DNA of 64,000 bases from Marinicella sp. (GCA_965230295.1 OZ246001.1:1888001-1952000); one strand, 5' to 3'. Positions 49,340-58,157 are shown, numbered from the stretch's first letter. The notes: a model not told the origin generated them from the letters alone. Numbers and translations: made by a program.

Positions 49340-49368
49340 TGGATCCCGGATCGGGGTCCGGGATGACG
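49340..49368 (-). repeat. CGTC-tagged REP
   Basis: Minus strand CGTCATCCCGGACCCCGATCCGGGATCCA. Confidence 0.8.
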
Positions 49369-49487
49369 ATGTTTGGGTTTGTAATAATTGCGGTTTCCCT
49401 GGATGGAAAAGAATTATTAATATTGAGTATTGATCATATGGCAGCTGCCAAATGGAGCTTGTCAGCTGTAGACTCAATTTAAGCTTG

Positions 49488-49640
49488 GGGAGAGGTTACG
49501 GTTTTAAATTGAATTTGCGTCATAAGCATAAAAAATACCCTTATGACGCTGGTTGGCGAGCTTGCGAGCCAGATAAGCGGCTCATCAATGTCTAAGTAGG
49601 GAGTGCGGTTTTCAGCTTTGCTGAAAGAAGCGCTCCCGAA
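49488..49640 (+). repeat. Diverged copy of the two-hairpin unit downstream of slyD
   Basis: Partial GAGAGGTTACGGTT, then TTGGCGAGCTTGCGAGCCA..CTCATCAATGTCT, then GGGAGTG-CGGTT-TTCAGC-TTT-GCTGAA-AGAAG-CGCTCCC. Confidence 0.75.
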
Positions 49641-49649
49641 TTAAACATC

Positions 49650-50111
49650 TCAATGGGCGTGCTTATGCTCCATCTCTTCAGCCGTCGCTTCGCGAACTTC
49701 TTCGACTGATACCTTGAAGTGCAGGCGTTGACCGGCCAATGCGTGGTTGCCATCGACAGTGACGACATCATCAACCACTTCGGTGATGGTGACTGGTACA
49801 GGACCTTGTTCAGTTTCGGCTTGGAATTGCATGCCGACTTTGATGTCATCGACGCCTTGGAAAGCAGAACGGGGCACTTTTTGGATCATTTGTTCGTGTC
49901 TTACACCGTAGGCTTCTTCAGGTTCAATCGATACTTCGAATGAATCGCCAACGGCTTTTCCTTCCATGGCTTTTTCTAAGCCGATGATGATGTTGTGTGC
50001 GCCTTGCAAAAATTTCAGTGGGTCGCGGCCTTCAGATGAATCAAGGACTTCGCCCTGGTCGTTGGTTAAGGTGTAGTGCATGGCAACCACACAATCGTTT
50101 TTAATTTGCAT
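49650..50111 (-). CDS. slyD: FKBP-type peptidyl-prolyl isomerase SlyD (short His tail)
   Basis: MQIKNDCVVAMHYTL, LDSS, GLEKA, PEEAYG, VDGNHALAG and VREATAEE. Confidence 0.93.
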   Translation of the reverse strand: MQIKNDCVVAMHYTLTNDQGEVLDSSEGRDPLKFLQGAHNIIIGLEKAMEGKAVGDSFEVSIEPEEAYGVRHEQMIQKVPRSAFQGVDDIKVGMQFQAETEQGPVPVTITEVVDDVVTVDGNHALAGQRLHFKVSVEEVREATAEEMEHKHAH

Positions 50112-50255
50112 GTTATGTCCTGTTTGTATAGTAATCGTGCTGGCCGAATGGCTGAGCCATTCATTCAACGATGAACCCATCATATAGGGGCAACTGCTGA
50201 TTTTTAAAGGACAGTCCGGTTTTCAGGGTCAATTAATCATAAATAATATGGTTTT

Positions 50256-53200
50256 TTATAGGGCCATGGCATTTTCCTTCAACACTGTCCTCAGTCTAAG
50301 CAACAGTTCATCGGCATGTTGTTGGTTGAAAGTGATGGGAGGCTTGATCTTGATGACGTTGTGATCGGGGCCATCGGTGCTGATCAGGATACCCAATTCT
50401 CGCATGCGGTTGGCCAGGTAGTCAGCTTGCCTGGGCAATGGGTTGAGCTCATCATCACACATTTCAAAACCCAGAAACAAACCTTGGCCACGCACGTCTT
50501 TAATGATTGGAAACTCAGTCATCAGTTGGTCCAGTTCTTGTTTGAGGTAATGACCGGTTTGTTGGGCGTTGTGTTGTAGGTTTTGATCTTTGATTTCCTG
50601 TAATACGGCATGACCAATGGTGGCTGAAACGGGGTTGCCGCCAAAAGTGTTGAAATACTCCATGCCATTGGCAAAGCGATCGGCCACTTCACGGGTGCAG
50701 ACCACCACGGCCAATGGGTGACCATTACCGATCGGTTTACCGATGCACAAGATATCGGGCACCACACCATGGGGTTCAAAAGCCCAAAAGTGACTGCCAA
50801 TGCGACCACAACCAACTTGAACTTCATCGGCAATACAGACGCCTCCAGCTGCACGCACAGCCTGGTAGGCCAGGCTTAAATAGCCTTCCGGCAATTCAAT
50901 CTGGCCACCACAAGAAACAATGCTTTCAGCAATCAATGCCGAAACTTGTTGGCCATTGGCTTTGAGTTGGTTGATTTGTTGGCTGACGTATTCAGCATAG
51001 GCAGGTCCCGCATTTGCGCCGCGATGGCGTCCGCGGAAGGCATCGGGCAGGGGTACGATGTGGGTGTTGGTTGGGGCACCTTGACCGCCTTGGCCATCGA
51101 ACTTATAGGAGCTGATGTCAATGCAGGCGTTGCTGTTACCATGGTAGCCGGATTCCAGGGCGATCACGTGATCACCTCCAGAATAGGCTTTGGCCATGCG
51201 CAAGGCCAATTCATTGGCTTCAGAACCTGAGTTCACCAAATGCACCACCGACAGTTCTTCAGGTAGGGTAGCCAACAAGGCTTGGGTGAACTGATTGATC
51301 GCTGGGTGCAGGTATCGACTGTTGGTGTTCAGTACAGCCATTTGTGCCTGACCGGCAGCCACCACACGTGGGTTTTCATGCCCCACATGGGCGACGTTGT
51401 TACAGGTGTCGAGGTATTTCTGGCCCCATTGATCGATCAGATAAACATCATCACCACGCAACATTTGGATGGGTTCTGAATAGGACAGACTCAGTGATTT
51501 TCCCAGGTGTTGGTGACGATAATCAATCAATTCCTGATTGTTGGCCGGTTGTGTGGTGTTGATTCTGGCATCAAACAACAGCATCGGATTTGGGCACAAG
51601 TCGGCGTACACTGTTGCTTCTTTCGGGGTACAAGCACCAGGGAAATCATGTTCATGGCCTAACATGTCATGCATGATCTGAAAATGCAGGTGCGGACTCC
51701 AGCCACCGTTTTCATGCGGTTCACCCACCCAGGCCAACAGTTGCCCTGAAGACACCAAGTCGCCCAAAGTTAAATGGTCAAGGGTCTGTCTGCTGAGGTG
51801 TCCATACAAAGTAAAAAAGGTCCCACCAGGATATTCATGTTGCAAGATGACTGTGGGGCCATAGTTGCGTTGAGAATCGTTGTCTTTCAGCCCAACCACT
51901 GTACCTGTTAGTGGTGCATGGATGGCGGTCTTGGCAGGTAGCCACACATCCAAACCCAAATGTATGGTGCGGTATTCTTTGCCATTATTGCCCTCACTGC
52001 TGAAGGCGTCAGCGGCATAAAACGAACGGGCTTCTAAATAGCCGCCGGCCAGGAATTTTTCAGGTTGTTGACGTTGTGCGCGCTCAAGTTTAAAAGCTTG
52101 TTCAGCATGGCTTTCATAATCGGCTGCAGCGCCTAACAAGGTACTGGCCACGCTGAGGTCAACCGCAAAGACGTCATGCTTATCAGGGTGTTCTGGTAAC
52201 AGGGTGGACAGGCGGATACGTTGTGCAGACAGGTGATCTTGTAGGGCTTGGGTGTTGGGATGCGCGCTGAAGCCGCAGGCTGCCCTGAATGAATAATGTG
52301 CCATTTGTGCTGGGATGTTTTGCCACAAGGCCAGTAAATCCCAGGCGGGTTGTTCGCTGACAGATTTGTAAGCGTTGTCCGGATCAGTGTCTCTGGCCAA
52401 TGCTGAATGGGTGACACTGACCACCAAACGCATGCCAATCAAATGATACAAGTGCAGTAATTCTTGTTCTTGCAACGGCAGAATCTGATGGTACCCTCTG
52501 ATGATTTCAACCGCTGCATACAGTGGATCCGGTTTTTTCATCATGGCGTATGCACAGGTGATGGCCAGTTCGTTGATCAATTGGGTGCTGATGGCGTCGC
52601 CAAAGTCAATGAAACCAGTCACGACATCCTGTGCCACCAACACATTGTTGTCGTTCAAGTCATTGTGGATGACCTGTTTTCTTAAGTTTTGGTAGCCTTT
52701 AAGCAGTGATTCAAACAAAGCAATGAAATGAGACAGGGTGTTTTGTTGTGCAGTTGAGAATCGCTGCAGGTGATCTTTGGTCCACAAACATTGCGCCAAA
52801 TCCCAACTGAATTTACGGTTGGCTTCCGGGTGATGGAAAGTGCTCAATGACAAGTCCATGGCCGCGGTCTGTTGGCCCAAGTGCAGCATCATGCGTTGGC
52901 TGTGTGGCAGAAAGCCCGAGATCAATGAACCATCCACCCAGGTCAAGATCCGCATCACAATCAGTTGCTTTTCTGCCGGAATTTCGCAAACAGTCAGCCA
53001 TTCACCCTCTTGGTTTAACACGGGTTCAGGCAAGGCCAACCCGGGTTGAGGGTGTTGTTTGACATGTTGCATCAAGGCCGCTTCAAAAGCAAAATGATCG
53101 AGGGTGTCGACCTGACTGATTTTAACCGTGTATTGTGCTGTCTGTGTGGCCAATCTGAAGTTGACATCGACATCACCAACCAAGCGGGTGAGTTCACCAC

Positions 53201-53267
53201 TGAGATGGTGGTGTTTTTCTAGCCAGTCAACCACTTGCGTGGCTGTGATTGAAGCTGCTTTTTTCAT
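50256..53267 (-). CDS. Phosphotransferase-M23-class III aminotransferase fusion
   Basis: Kinase HNDLNDNN and IDFGD. M23 HLGLD and HLHFQ. Aminotransferase NNVAHVGH, NSGSEANE, DEVQVG and GKPIGNG. Confidence 0.9.
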   Translation of the reverse strand: MKKAASITATQVVDWLEKHHHLSGELTRLVGDVDVNFRLATQTAQYTVKISQVDTLDHFAFEAALMQHVKQHPQPGLALPEPVLNQEGEWLTVCEIPAEKQLIVMRILTWVDGSLISGFLPHSQRMMLHLGQQTAAMDLSLSTFHHPEANRKFSWDLAQCLWTKDHLQRFSTAQQNTLSHFIALFESLLKGYQNLRKQVIHNDLNDNNVLVAQDVVTGFIDFGDAISTQLINELAITCAYAMMKKPDPLYAAVEIIRGYHQILPLQEQELLHLYHLIGMRLVVSVTHSALARDTDPDNAYKSVSEQPAWDLLALWQNIPAQMAHYSFRAACGFSAHPNTQALQDHLSAQRIRLSTLLPEHPDKHDVFAVDLSVASTLLGAAADYESHAEQAFKLERAQRQQPEKFLAGGYLEARSFYAADAFSSEGNNGKEYRTIHLGLDVWLPAKTAIHAPLTGTVVGLKDNDSQRNYGPTVILQHEYPGGTFFTLYGHLSRQTLDHLTLGDLVSSGQLLAWVGEPHENGGWSPHLHFQIMHDMLGHEHDFPGACTPKEATVYADLCPNPMLLFDARINTTQPANNQELIDYRHQHLGKSLSLSYSEPIQMLRGDDVYLIDQWGQKYLDTCNNVAHVGHENPRVVAAGQAQMAVLNTNSRYLHPAINQFTQALLATLPEELSVVHLVNSGSEANELALRMAKAYSGGDHVIALESGYHGNSNACIDISSYKFDGQGGQGAPTNTHIVPLPDAFRGRHRGANAGPAYAEYVSQQINQLKANGQQVSALIAESIVSCGGQIELPEGYLSLAYQAVRAAGGVCIADEVQVGCGRIGSHFWAFEPHGVVPDILCIGKPIGNGHPLAVVVCTREVADRFANGMEYFNTFGGNPVSATIGHAVLQEIKDQNLQHNAQQTGHYLKQELDQLMTEFPIIKDVRGQGLFLGFEMCDDELNPLPRQADYLANRMRELGILISTDGPDHNVIKIKPPITFNQQHADELLLRLRTVLKENAMAL

Positions 53268-53337
53268 GCAATCATTCCAACAATGAGACGGATTTTTTGG
53301 TATTGTAGTGCATGCCAATTATCTAGCGGGAGCTTAT

Positions 53338-54345
53338 ATGAAAAAGTTATTTTTAATGATGTGTTTATTCGGAGGCTTGGCCATGGCAGCAGAACAAAAT
53401 ATTTCAATCGTGATTCATGGTGGTGCCGGTACCATCAAGCGTGATCAACTATCCAGTCAACAAGAACAAAGCATTCGTCATGATCTGCAAGCGGCTTTGG
53501 ATGCAGGCTATGCAATCTTAGAACAAGGTGGTGATTCTACCCAAGCCATCATCGCAGCGATCAAAGTGATGGAAGATTCACCCCACTTTAATGCCGGCAA
53601 AGGTGCCGTTTACACCAAACCGGGTCAACACGAACTGGATGCGTCCATCATGCGCGGCAGTGATTTAGAAGCCGGGGCGGTGGCTGGCGTGTCATTCACC
53701 AAAAACCCAATCTTGGCAGCAGAACAGGTGATGCTCAACTCACCGCATGTGATGTTGGCTGGTAGCGGTGCCGATACTTTTTCAAAGCACAAAGGGCTCG
53801 AACAAGTTAAAAATGATTACTTTGACACCGAAGCTCGACACAAAGCCTGGCAAGAAGTGGATGCCAAAACGAAAGCCAAAAAACAGGAACAGGCATCAGA
53901 ACAGGATGTGCTGGATGCAGAATTCAAATTTGGCACAGTGGGTGCTGTGGCAGTGGATAAAAAAGGTGATTTGGCCGCAGGTACTTCAACAGGAGGCATG
54001 ACCTACAAGGCTTGGGGGCGCATCGGCGATTCTCCTGTGATCGGTGCAGGTACGTATGCCGATAACCGCAGTTGTGGAATTTCAGCCACCGGTCATGGTG
54101 AATTTTTCATCCGCTATGCAGTGGCCCATGACATCTGTGCACGGGTTCGTTATCAGAACAAATCTCTGCAACAAGCAGCCGATGAAGTGATCATGGGTGA
54201 GCTCAAAGCAGTGGGTGGCTCAGGAGGGATCATTGGTATGGACCCCGAAGGCAATCCAGTGATGGTGTTCAACACCCCTGGTATGTATCGTGGTTATAAA
54301 ACCGCTGAAACCTCCCAGGTGGGTATTTATGGGGATGAAGACTAG
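53338..54345 (+). CDS. iaaA: Isoaspartyl peptidase/L-asparaginase (Ntn hydrolase) with signal peptide
   Basis: IHGGAG, FNAGKG, ELDASIM, GTVGAVA (nucleophile Thr), TSTGG, GRIGDSP and TGHGE. Confidence 0.9.
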   Translation: MKKLFLMMCLFGGLAMAAEQNISIVIHGGAGTIKRDQLSSQQEQSIRHDLQAALDAGYAILEQGGDSTQAIIAAIKVMEDSPHFNAGKGAVYTKPGQHELDASIMRGSDLEAGAVAGVSFTKNPILAAEQVMLNSPHVMLAGSGADTFSKHKGLEQVKNDYFDTEARHKAWQEVDAKTKAKKQEQASEQDVLDAEFKFGTVGAVAVDKKGDLAAGTSTGGMTYKAWGRIGDSPVIGAGTYADNRSCGISATGHGEFFIRYAVAHDICARVRYQNKSLQQAADEVIMGELKAVGGSGGIIGMDPEGNPVMVFNTPGMYRGYKTAETSQVGIYGDED

Positions 54346-54381
54346 GGCCTGTTAACAAGGCCCTAAGCTGATTTTAGAGGC

Positions 54382-54420
54382 AAAAAACAAGGCTGTGGAT
54401 GGTGCATCAACACAGCCTTT
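54382..54420 (-). terminator. Terminator between convergent genes
   Basis: AAGGCTGTG/CACAGCCTT stem with an A6 run on its left (U-tract on the minus strand). Confidence 0.55.
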
Positions 54421-54438
54421 AACGAGGTAAAAATGAAA

Positions 54439-54840
54439 TTATTTGACTTTGTAAACCACCGTTTGCCAATCATCTGATTGGTTGCTGGAGGCATCAAAAG
54501 CCACGTAATAGGATTTGTCTGCTTCCACAGTGATCTTCATGGTGGTTTTTAAATCTTTCAAGCCACGACGTTCTTTCAGTCCCATGACTTGTTTGGTGTA
54601 GTCGCTGTTGATTTGGGTGCTGAATTTCAATTCATACTCACCAGGTGCCAACCAAACAGCGCCATCGCGAACGATGACATTTTCGCCATTAACCATTTGC
54701 AGCTTCACCGGGAACAACTGTTTGGCATTGTTGGCATGACTCATCACGATCTTGGCAGATGGATCACTGGGCGATGCAAAATTAAATGCAAAAGCCGCAC
54801 TAGAGAGGATTAAGGTAAAAAATAATGTGATTGTTTTCAT
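54439..54840 (-). CDS. Small secreted hypothetical protein
   Basis: Signal peptide (AFA-F), beta-rich body with LAPGEYEL. GGAG RBS. Confidence 0.75.
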   Translation of the reverse strand: MKTITLFFTLILSSAAFAFNFASPSDPSAKIVMSHANNAKQLFPVKLQMVNGENVIVRDGAVWLAPGEYELKFSTQINSDYTKQVMGLKERRGLKDLKTTMKITVEADKSYYVAFDASSNQSDDWQTVVYKVK

Positions 54841-55038
54841 GGTCTGCTCCTGAATTTTTATGTCTATAAGTTTCGTTCATACACTTTGGGTTATTAAATG
54901 TTACACCTACGAAACTGAATGTAGTCTGAATTTTTGCACGTCATACCCAAGTATTCAAGAAAATTTGAACTCAATCACTGGCTTGTTAATCGAGGGAATT
55001 TGAATTATGATTCGAGTTCACTATTGATAAAAGGAATT

Positions 55039-55779
55039 ATGATGTCAAAACCAATCAACATTGGTGAAATTTTTGAGCGCACCAACACCACGTTTCAAAC
55101 ACACTTTTCATACCTGGCAGCCTTGGCCGGTATTTTCATTGCACTGGGCTATTTGATATCGACAGTTGGTGAATCCTTGATCATGAAATTTGAGATGTCA
55201 GCCCTCATCATAGTGATGCTGATTTCAATCACTGTTTATGCCAAATTAGCCATCATGGTTCATCGGTTGGTGATACTGAATGAAAAGGGGTTTGGTTATA
55301 TTTTTCAATGGCGAAGTGTTGAATTGAAATTCATTGGCTGGATTTTGGCCATCATCGGTGTTCTGGCGGTGTTGATGTTTTTCACCATCAGAATCAGCTT
55401 GTCTGGTTCGCCTTCCCACACCGGAGGCGGTTTTGGATCTGGCCTACTGGTGGTATTGGCACTTATGGTTGTTTTAGGGGTCATATTCTCACGCTTTGCT
55501 TTGATTTTCCCAGCCACTGCGGCGAACAAAAAACTGACTTTGGGTGATTCTTGGCAATTGACTTCGCAGCATAAATTCTTCATGTTTTTTCTGGCCATTC
55601 TGGTGCCCTATGTCACCAACCGAATCTTTCAAAAAATATCAACAGAACAATGGCTTTTGGTGTTGTTGGTTGAAGTGTTGGCAGTTTTGGTCATCATCTA
55701 TGAGGTGGGTTTGATTTCACATGCTTATGAGGCATTGGGCAATGTCAAAGAAGACAATCACAGTGATCAGTCATCCTGA
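55039..55779 (+). CDS. Hypothetical multi-pass membrane protein
   Basis: AAGGA RBS, about 6 TM helices, SWQLT motif. The stop codon lies inside the adjacent REP. Confidence 0.75.
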   Translation: MMSKPINIGEIFERTNTTFQTHFSYLAALAGIFIALGYLISTVGESLIMKFEMSALIIVMLISITVYAKLAIMVHRLVILNEKGFGYIFQWRSVELKFIGWILAIIGVLAVLMFFTIRISLSGSPSHTGGGFGSGLLVVLALMVVLGVIFSRFALIFPATAANKKLTLGDSWQLTSQHKFFMFFLAILVPYVTNRIFQKISTEQWLLVLLVEVLAVLVIIYEVGLISHAYEALGNVKEDNHSDQSS

Positions 55780-55915
55780 GTGCAGTCGAAGGATCTCCTG
55801 AATACAGCAGGCTTCTGGTATTACAGTAATTGGCAGTCGTTGGGAGATTCCTCCGCTCGCTTCACTCGGTCGGAATGACACGGGATTGTCACCCTAAGTG
55901 CAGTCGAAGGATCTC
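55770..55915. repeat. GTCATCCTGAG REP doublet plus an extra left arm, 3' of the GIY-YIG gene
   Basis: 55770-55879 reads GTCATCCTGAGTGCAGTCGAAGGATCTCCTG...GGGAGATTCCTCCGCTCGCTTCACTCGGTCGGAATGAC. 55888-55915 reads GTCACCCTAAGTGCAGTCGAAGGATCTC. Confidence 0.9.
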
Positions 55916-55931
55916 ATTAATTATGGAGTTG

Positions 55932-56219
55932 CTAGTATAAATCGGTGCCTAAATCTTTCCAGTCAGGATTGTGTGTGTTGATAAGATTGTCTTTTTTTCT
56001 TCGAGTCCACTTCTTTAGCTGCTTTTCTCTCGTTATGGCATTTTCGGGGTCATCGAATGTCTCATAATAAACCAGAAGATGTACGTTGTATTTACTGGTG
56101 AACCCTTTGGTTTGCTGCTGTTTGTGTTGATAAATCCGTTTGACTAAATTGCCAGTAATGCCGATATATAAAACGTTTTTATGCTTATTAGTAAGGAAAT
56201 AAACCCAATAATTTTTCAT
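55932..56219 (-). CDS. Stand-alone GIY-YIG nuclease (YhbQ/UPF0213-like)
   Basis: YWVYFL, LYIGIT, KRIYQH, FTSKY, LVYYE, AITREKQLK and NPDWKDL. Confidence 0.93.
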   Translation of the reverse strand: MKNYWVYFLTNKHKNVLYIGITGNLVKRIYQHKQQQTKGFTSKYNVHLLVYYETFDDPENAITREKQLKKWTRRKKDNLINTHNPDWKDLGTDLY

Positions 56220-56287
56220 GGATTGAGCTTATCTAAAATTTATGTGGTTATTAATCCTATAAATTCTGAAAGTGGTGTAAAAAAAGT

Positions 56288-56397
56288 CGTCATCCTGAGC
56301 GCAATCGAAGGACCTCCTGACTTTGGTGATTACTTTGGGTGCTGAATTGGTTAGTCGTTGGGAGATTCCTCCACTCGCTTCACTCGGTCGGAATGAC
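56288..56397. repeat. GTCATCCTGAG REP doublet, 5' of the GIY-YIG gene
   Basis: CGTCATCCTGAGCGCAATCGAAGGACCTCCTG...GTCGTTGGGAGATTCCTCCACTCGCTTCACTCGGTCGGAATGAC. The right arm is nearly identical to the 55770 copy. Confidence 0.9.
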
Positions 56398-56404
56398 ACT
56401 TGGC

Positions 56405-57544
56405 CTACTTAAACCATGGAACGGGATTGGTGGGGTCGGCGGCTTTGCGGATTTCAAAATAAACCCCGGGTGGATCGATGTTACCTGAGTTGCCAGCGGT
56501 GGCGATGACTTGATCGGCTTGAACCCAGTCGCCCACTTCAGCCAACAGGCTCTCGTTGTGTCCATATAGAGTCATGTACTCATCACCGTGGTCAATAACA
56601 ATCAGCAACCCATAACCACGCAACCAATCGGCAAAGGCCACCCGGCCATAAGCGGTGGCCAACACGTTCTCGCCAGCTTCGTCACCAATGACCACACCAT
56701 CCCAACGGCTGTAGCCTGCCCGCAATGAACGGTAAGAACGGATGATGTCACCAGAAAGGGGTTTGGTCAATTGGCCTTTTAGGCGAGCAAATGAAATGTT
56801 CTCACCCAGGTTTTCAGGGAGGTCATCCAGGTATTGGGTGATTTGTAACAACAGTTGATTCAGTCGAATGCTGTCTTGTTCCAGGGTTTCATTTTCTGAT
56901 TGATAGGCTTTGATGGTGTCACGTAAATTGGAGAGCACCACAGCCCGTTGTCGTTTTTTTTCCAACATGGCATCCTGTTCTGTTTTGAGCTGTGATTGTT
57001 CGCGTTCCAAATCGGCCTTTTGTTCGGTGATTTGAGCTTGATATTGCTCCAGTTGATTGATCTGCACAGCAATGCTTTCGATCAAATCATACAATTTATA
57101 TTGTAAATATTTGATCTGGTGCTGGGTGATTTCAGCATTGCGGGTGTTGGGGTTGAGCAGCATCATTTTCAGGATGCGGTCATGGTTGATAAAAATGTGT
57201 AACCGCAACAGTTCAGCCATTTGGTTTTTTTGTTCACTGATGCTGTCATTTTTCTGTTGGATTTCTAGCCCCAACACATTGATTTGTTGTTCAGCGGTGG
57301 CCACTTTGCTTTTGATGTCCCGAATTTTACGGCCTTGTAAGTTGATGCTCTGGTCTTGTGCTTCCAACTCCTTGATCAATTTGGCTTCTTCACCGGTGGC
57401 TTGATTCAGTTGATCTTTCAGGGCAATCAGTCGCTCCCGGATGTCAGCCAGTTGATTGTTGATGGCTGCTTCATCGACATCTTCCTGGGCTTCAACCGGA
57501 GTTGATACAGACCAGAAAATGAACAGAACAATCAATAAGCGCAT
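56405..57544 (-). CDS. envC: Murein hydrolase activator EnvC
   Basis: Signal peptide, long coiled coil, degenerate M23 (WDGVVI, ADWLRGYG, YGHN, YFEIR). Divergent from rhodanese-secB-gpsA. Confidence 0.88.
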   Translation of the reverse strand: MRLLIVLFIFWSVSTPVEAQEDVDEAAINNQLADIRERLIALKDQLNQATGEEAKLIKELEAQDQSINLQGRKIRDIKSKVATAEQQINVLGLEIQQKNDSISEQKNQMAELLRLHIFINHDRILKMMLLNPNTRNAEITQHQIKYLQYKLYDLIESIAVQINQLEQYQAQITEQKADLEREQSQLKTEQDAMLEKKRQRAVVLSNLRDTIKAYQSENETLEQDSIRLNQLLLQITQYLDDLPENLGENISFARLKGQLTKPLSGDIIRSYRSLRAGYSRWDGVVIGDEAGENVLATAYGRVAFADWLRGYGLLIVIDHGDEYMTLYGHNESLLAEVGDWVQADQVIATAGNSGNIDPPGVYFEIRKAADPTNPVPWFK

Positions 57545-57731
57545 GGGGTAATGGGGCACAACTTCAACTGACAACAGCGGCTCATGTTATCAAACTCATT
57601 GAACAGAAAAAACTGTTTTACTGATGATTCTGTTTCAAAGTCAGGTATATCCTCAGTTTTTCAGGGTTTAGACTTGATTTTTTGTGCTGATACCTTATAT
57701 TGTCCCTTTTTAATTTTTAGGCAGGAAAGCA

Positions 57732-58157
57732 ATGTCACAATTGGTCGAGTTTGTTGGTAACCACCCATTTATGGTGACGTTGTTCTTGGTGGTTTTATTC
57801 TTGTACTTAACGACTTTGTACAAGGAAAAGAGCAGGGCCTTTAACAATGTGACAGTTGACCAGTTAACCAGATTGGTCAATCAGGAAAATGCCCAAGTGA
57901 TCGATGTCAGACCCAAAGACGCTTTCGTGCAGGGTCATATTGTTAATGCCATCAACATGCCTTTAGAAGACCTCAAAGCAGGCAAAGTTAAAACTGATAA
58001 GCTGAAGAAAAAACCGGTGGTGGTTTACTGCCAAATGGGCAGAAGCTCAGTCACCGCGAGCCAACACCTCACTGAAGCCGGTTTTGAACAAGTGTTCAAC
58101 CTTCAAGGTGGTATCAATGCCTGGATCAGTGACAAACTGCCTTTGAGCAAAGCATAA
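57732..58157 (+). CDS. Membrane-anchored rhodanese-like protein (YibN-like)
   Basis: N-terminal TM helix. IDVR, GHIVNA, VYCQMGRSS and LQGGINAW. Confidence 0.9.
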   Translation: MSQLVEFVGNHPFMVTLFLVVLFLYLTTLYKEKSRAFNNVTVDQLTRLVNQENAQVIDVRPKDAFVQGHIVNAINMPLEDLKAGKVKTDKLKKKPVVVYCQMGRSSVTASQHLTEAGFEQVFNLQGGINAWISDKLPLSKA

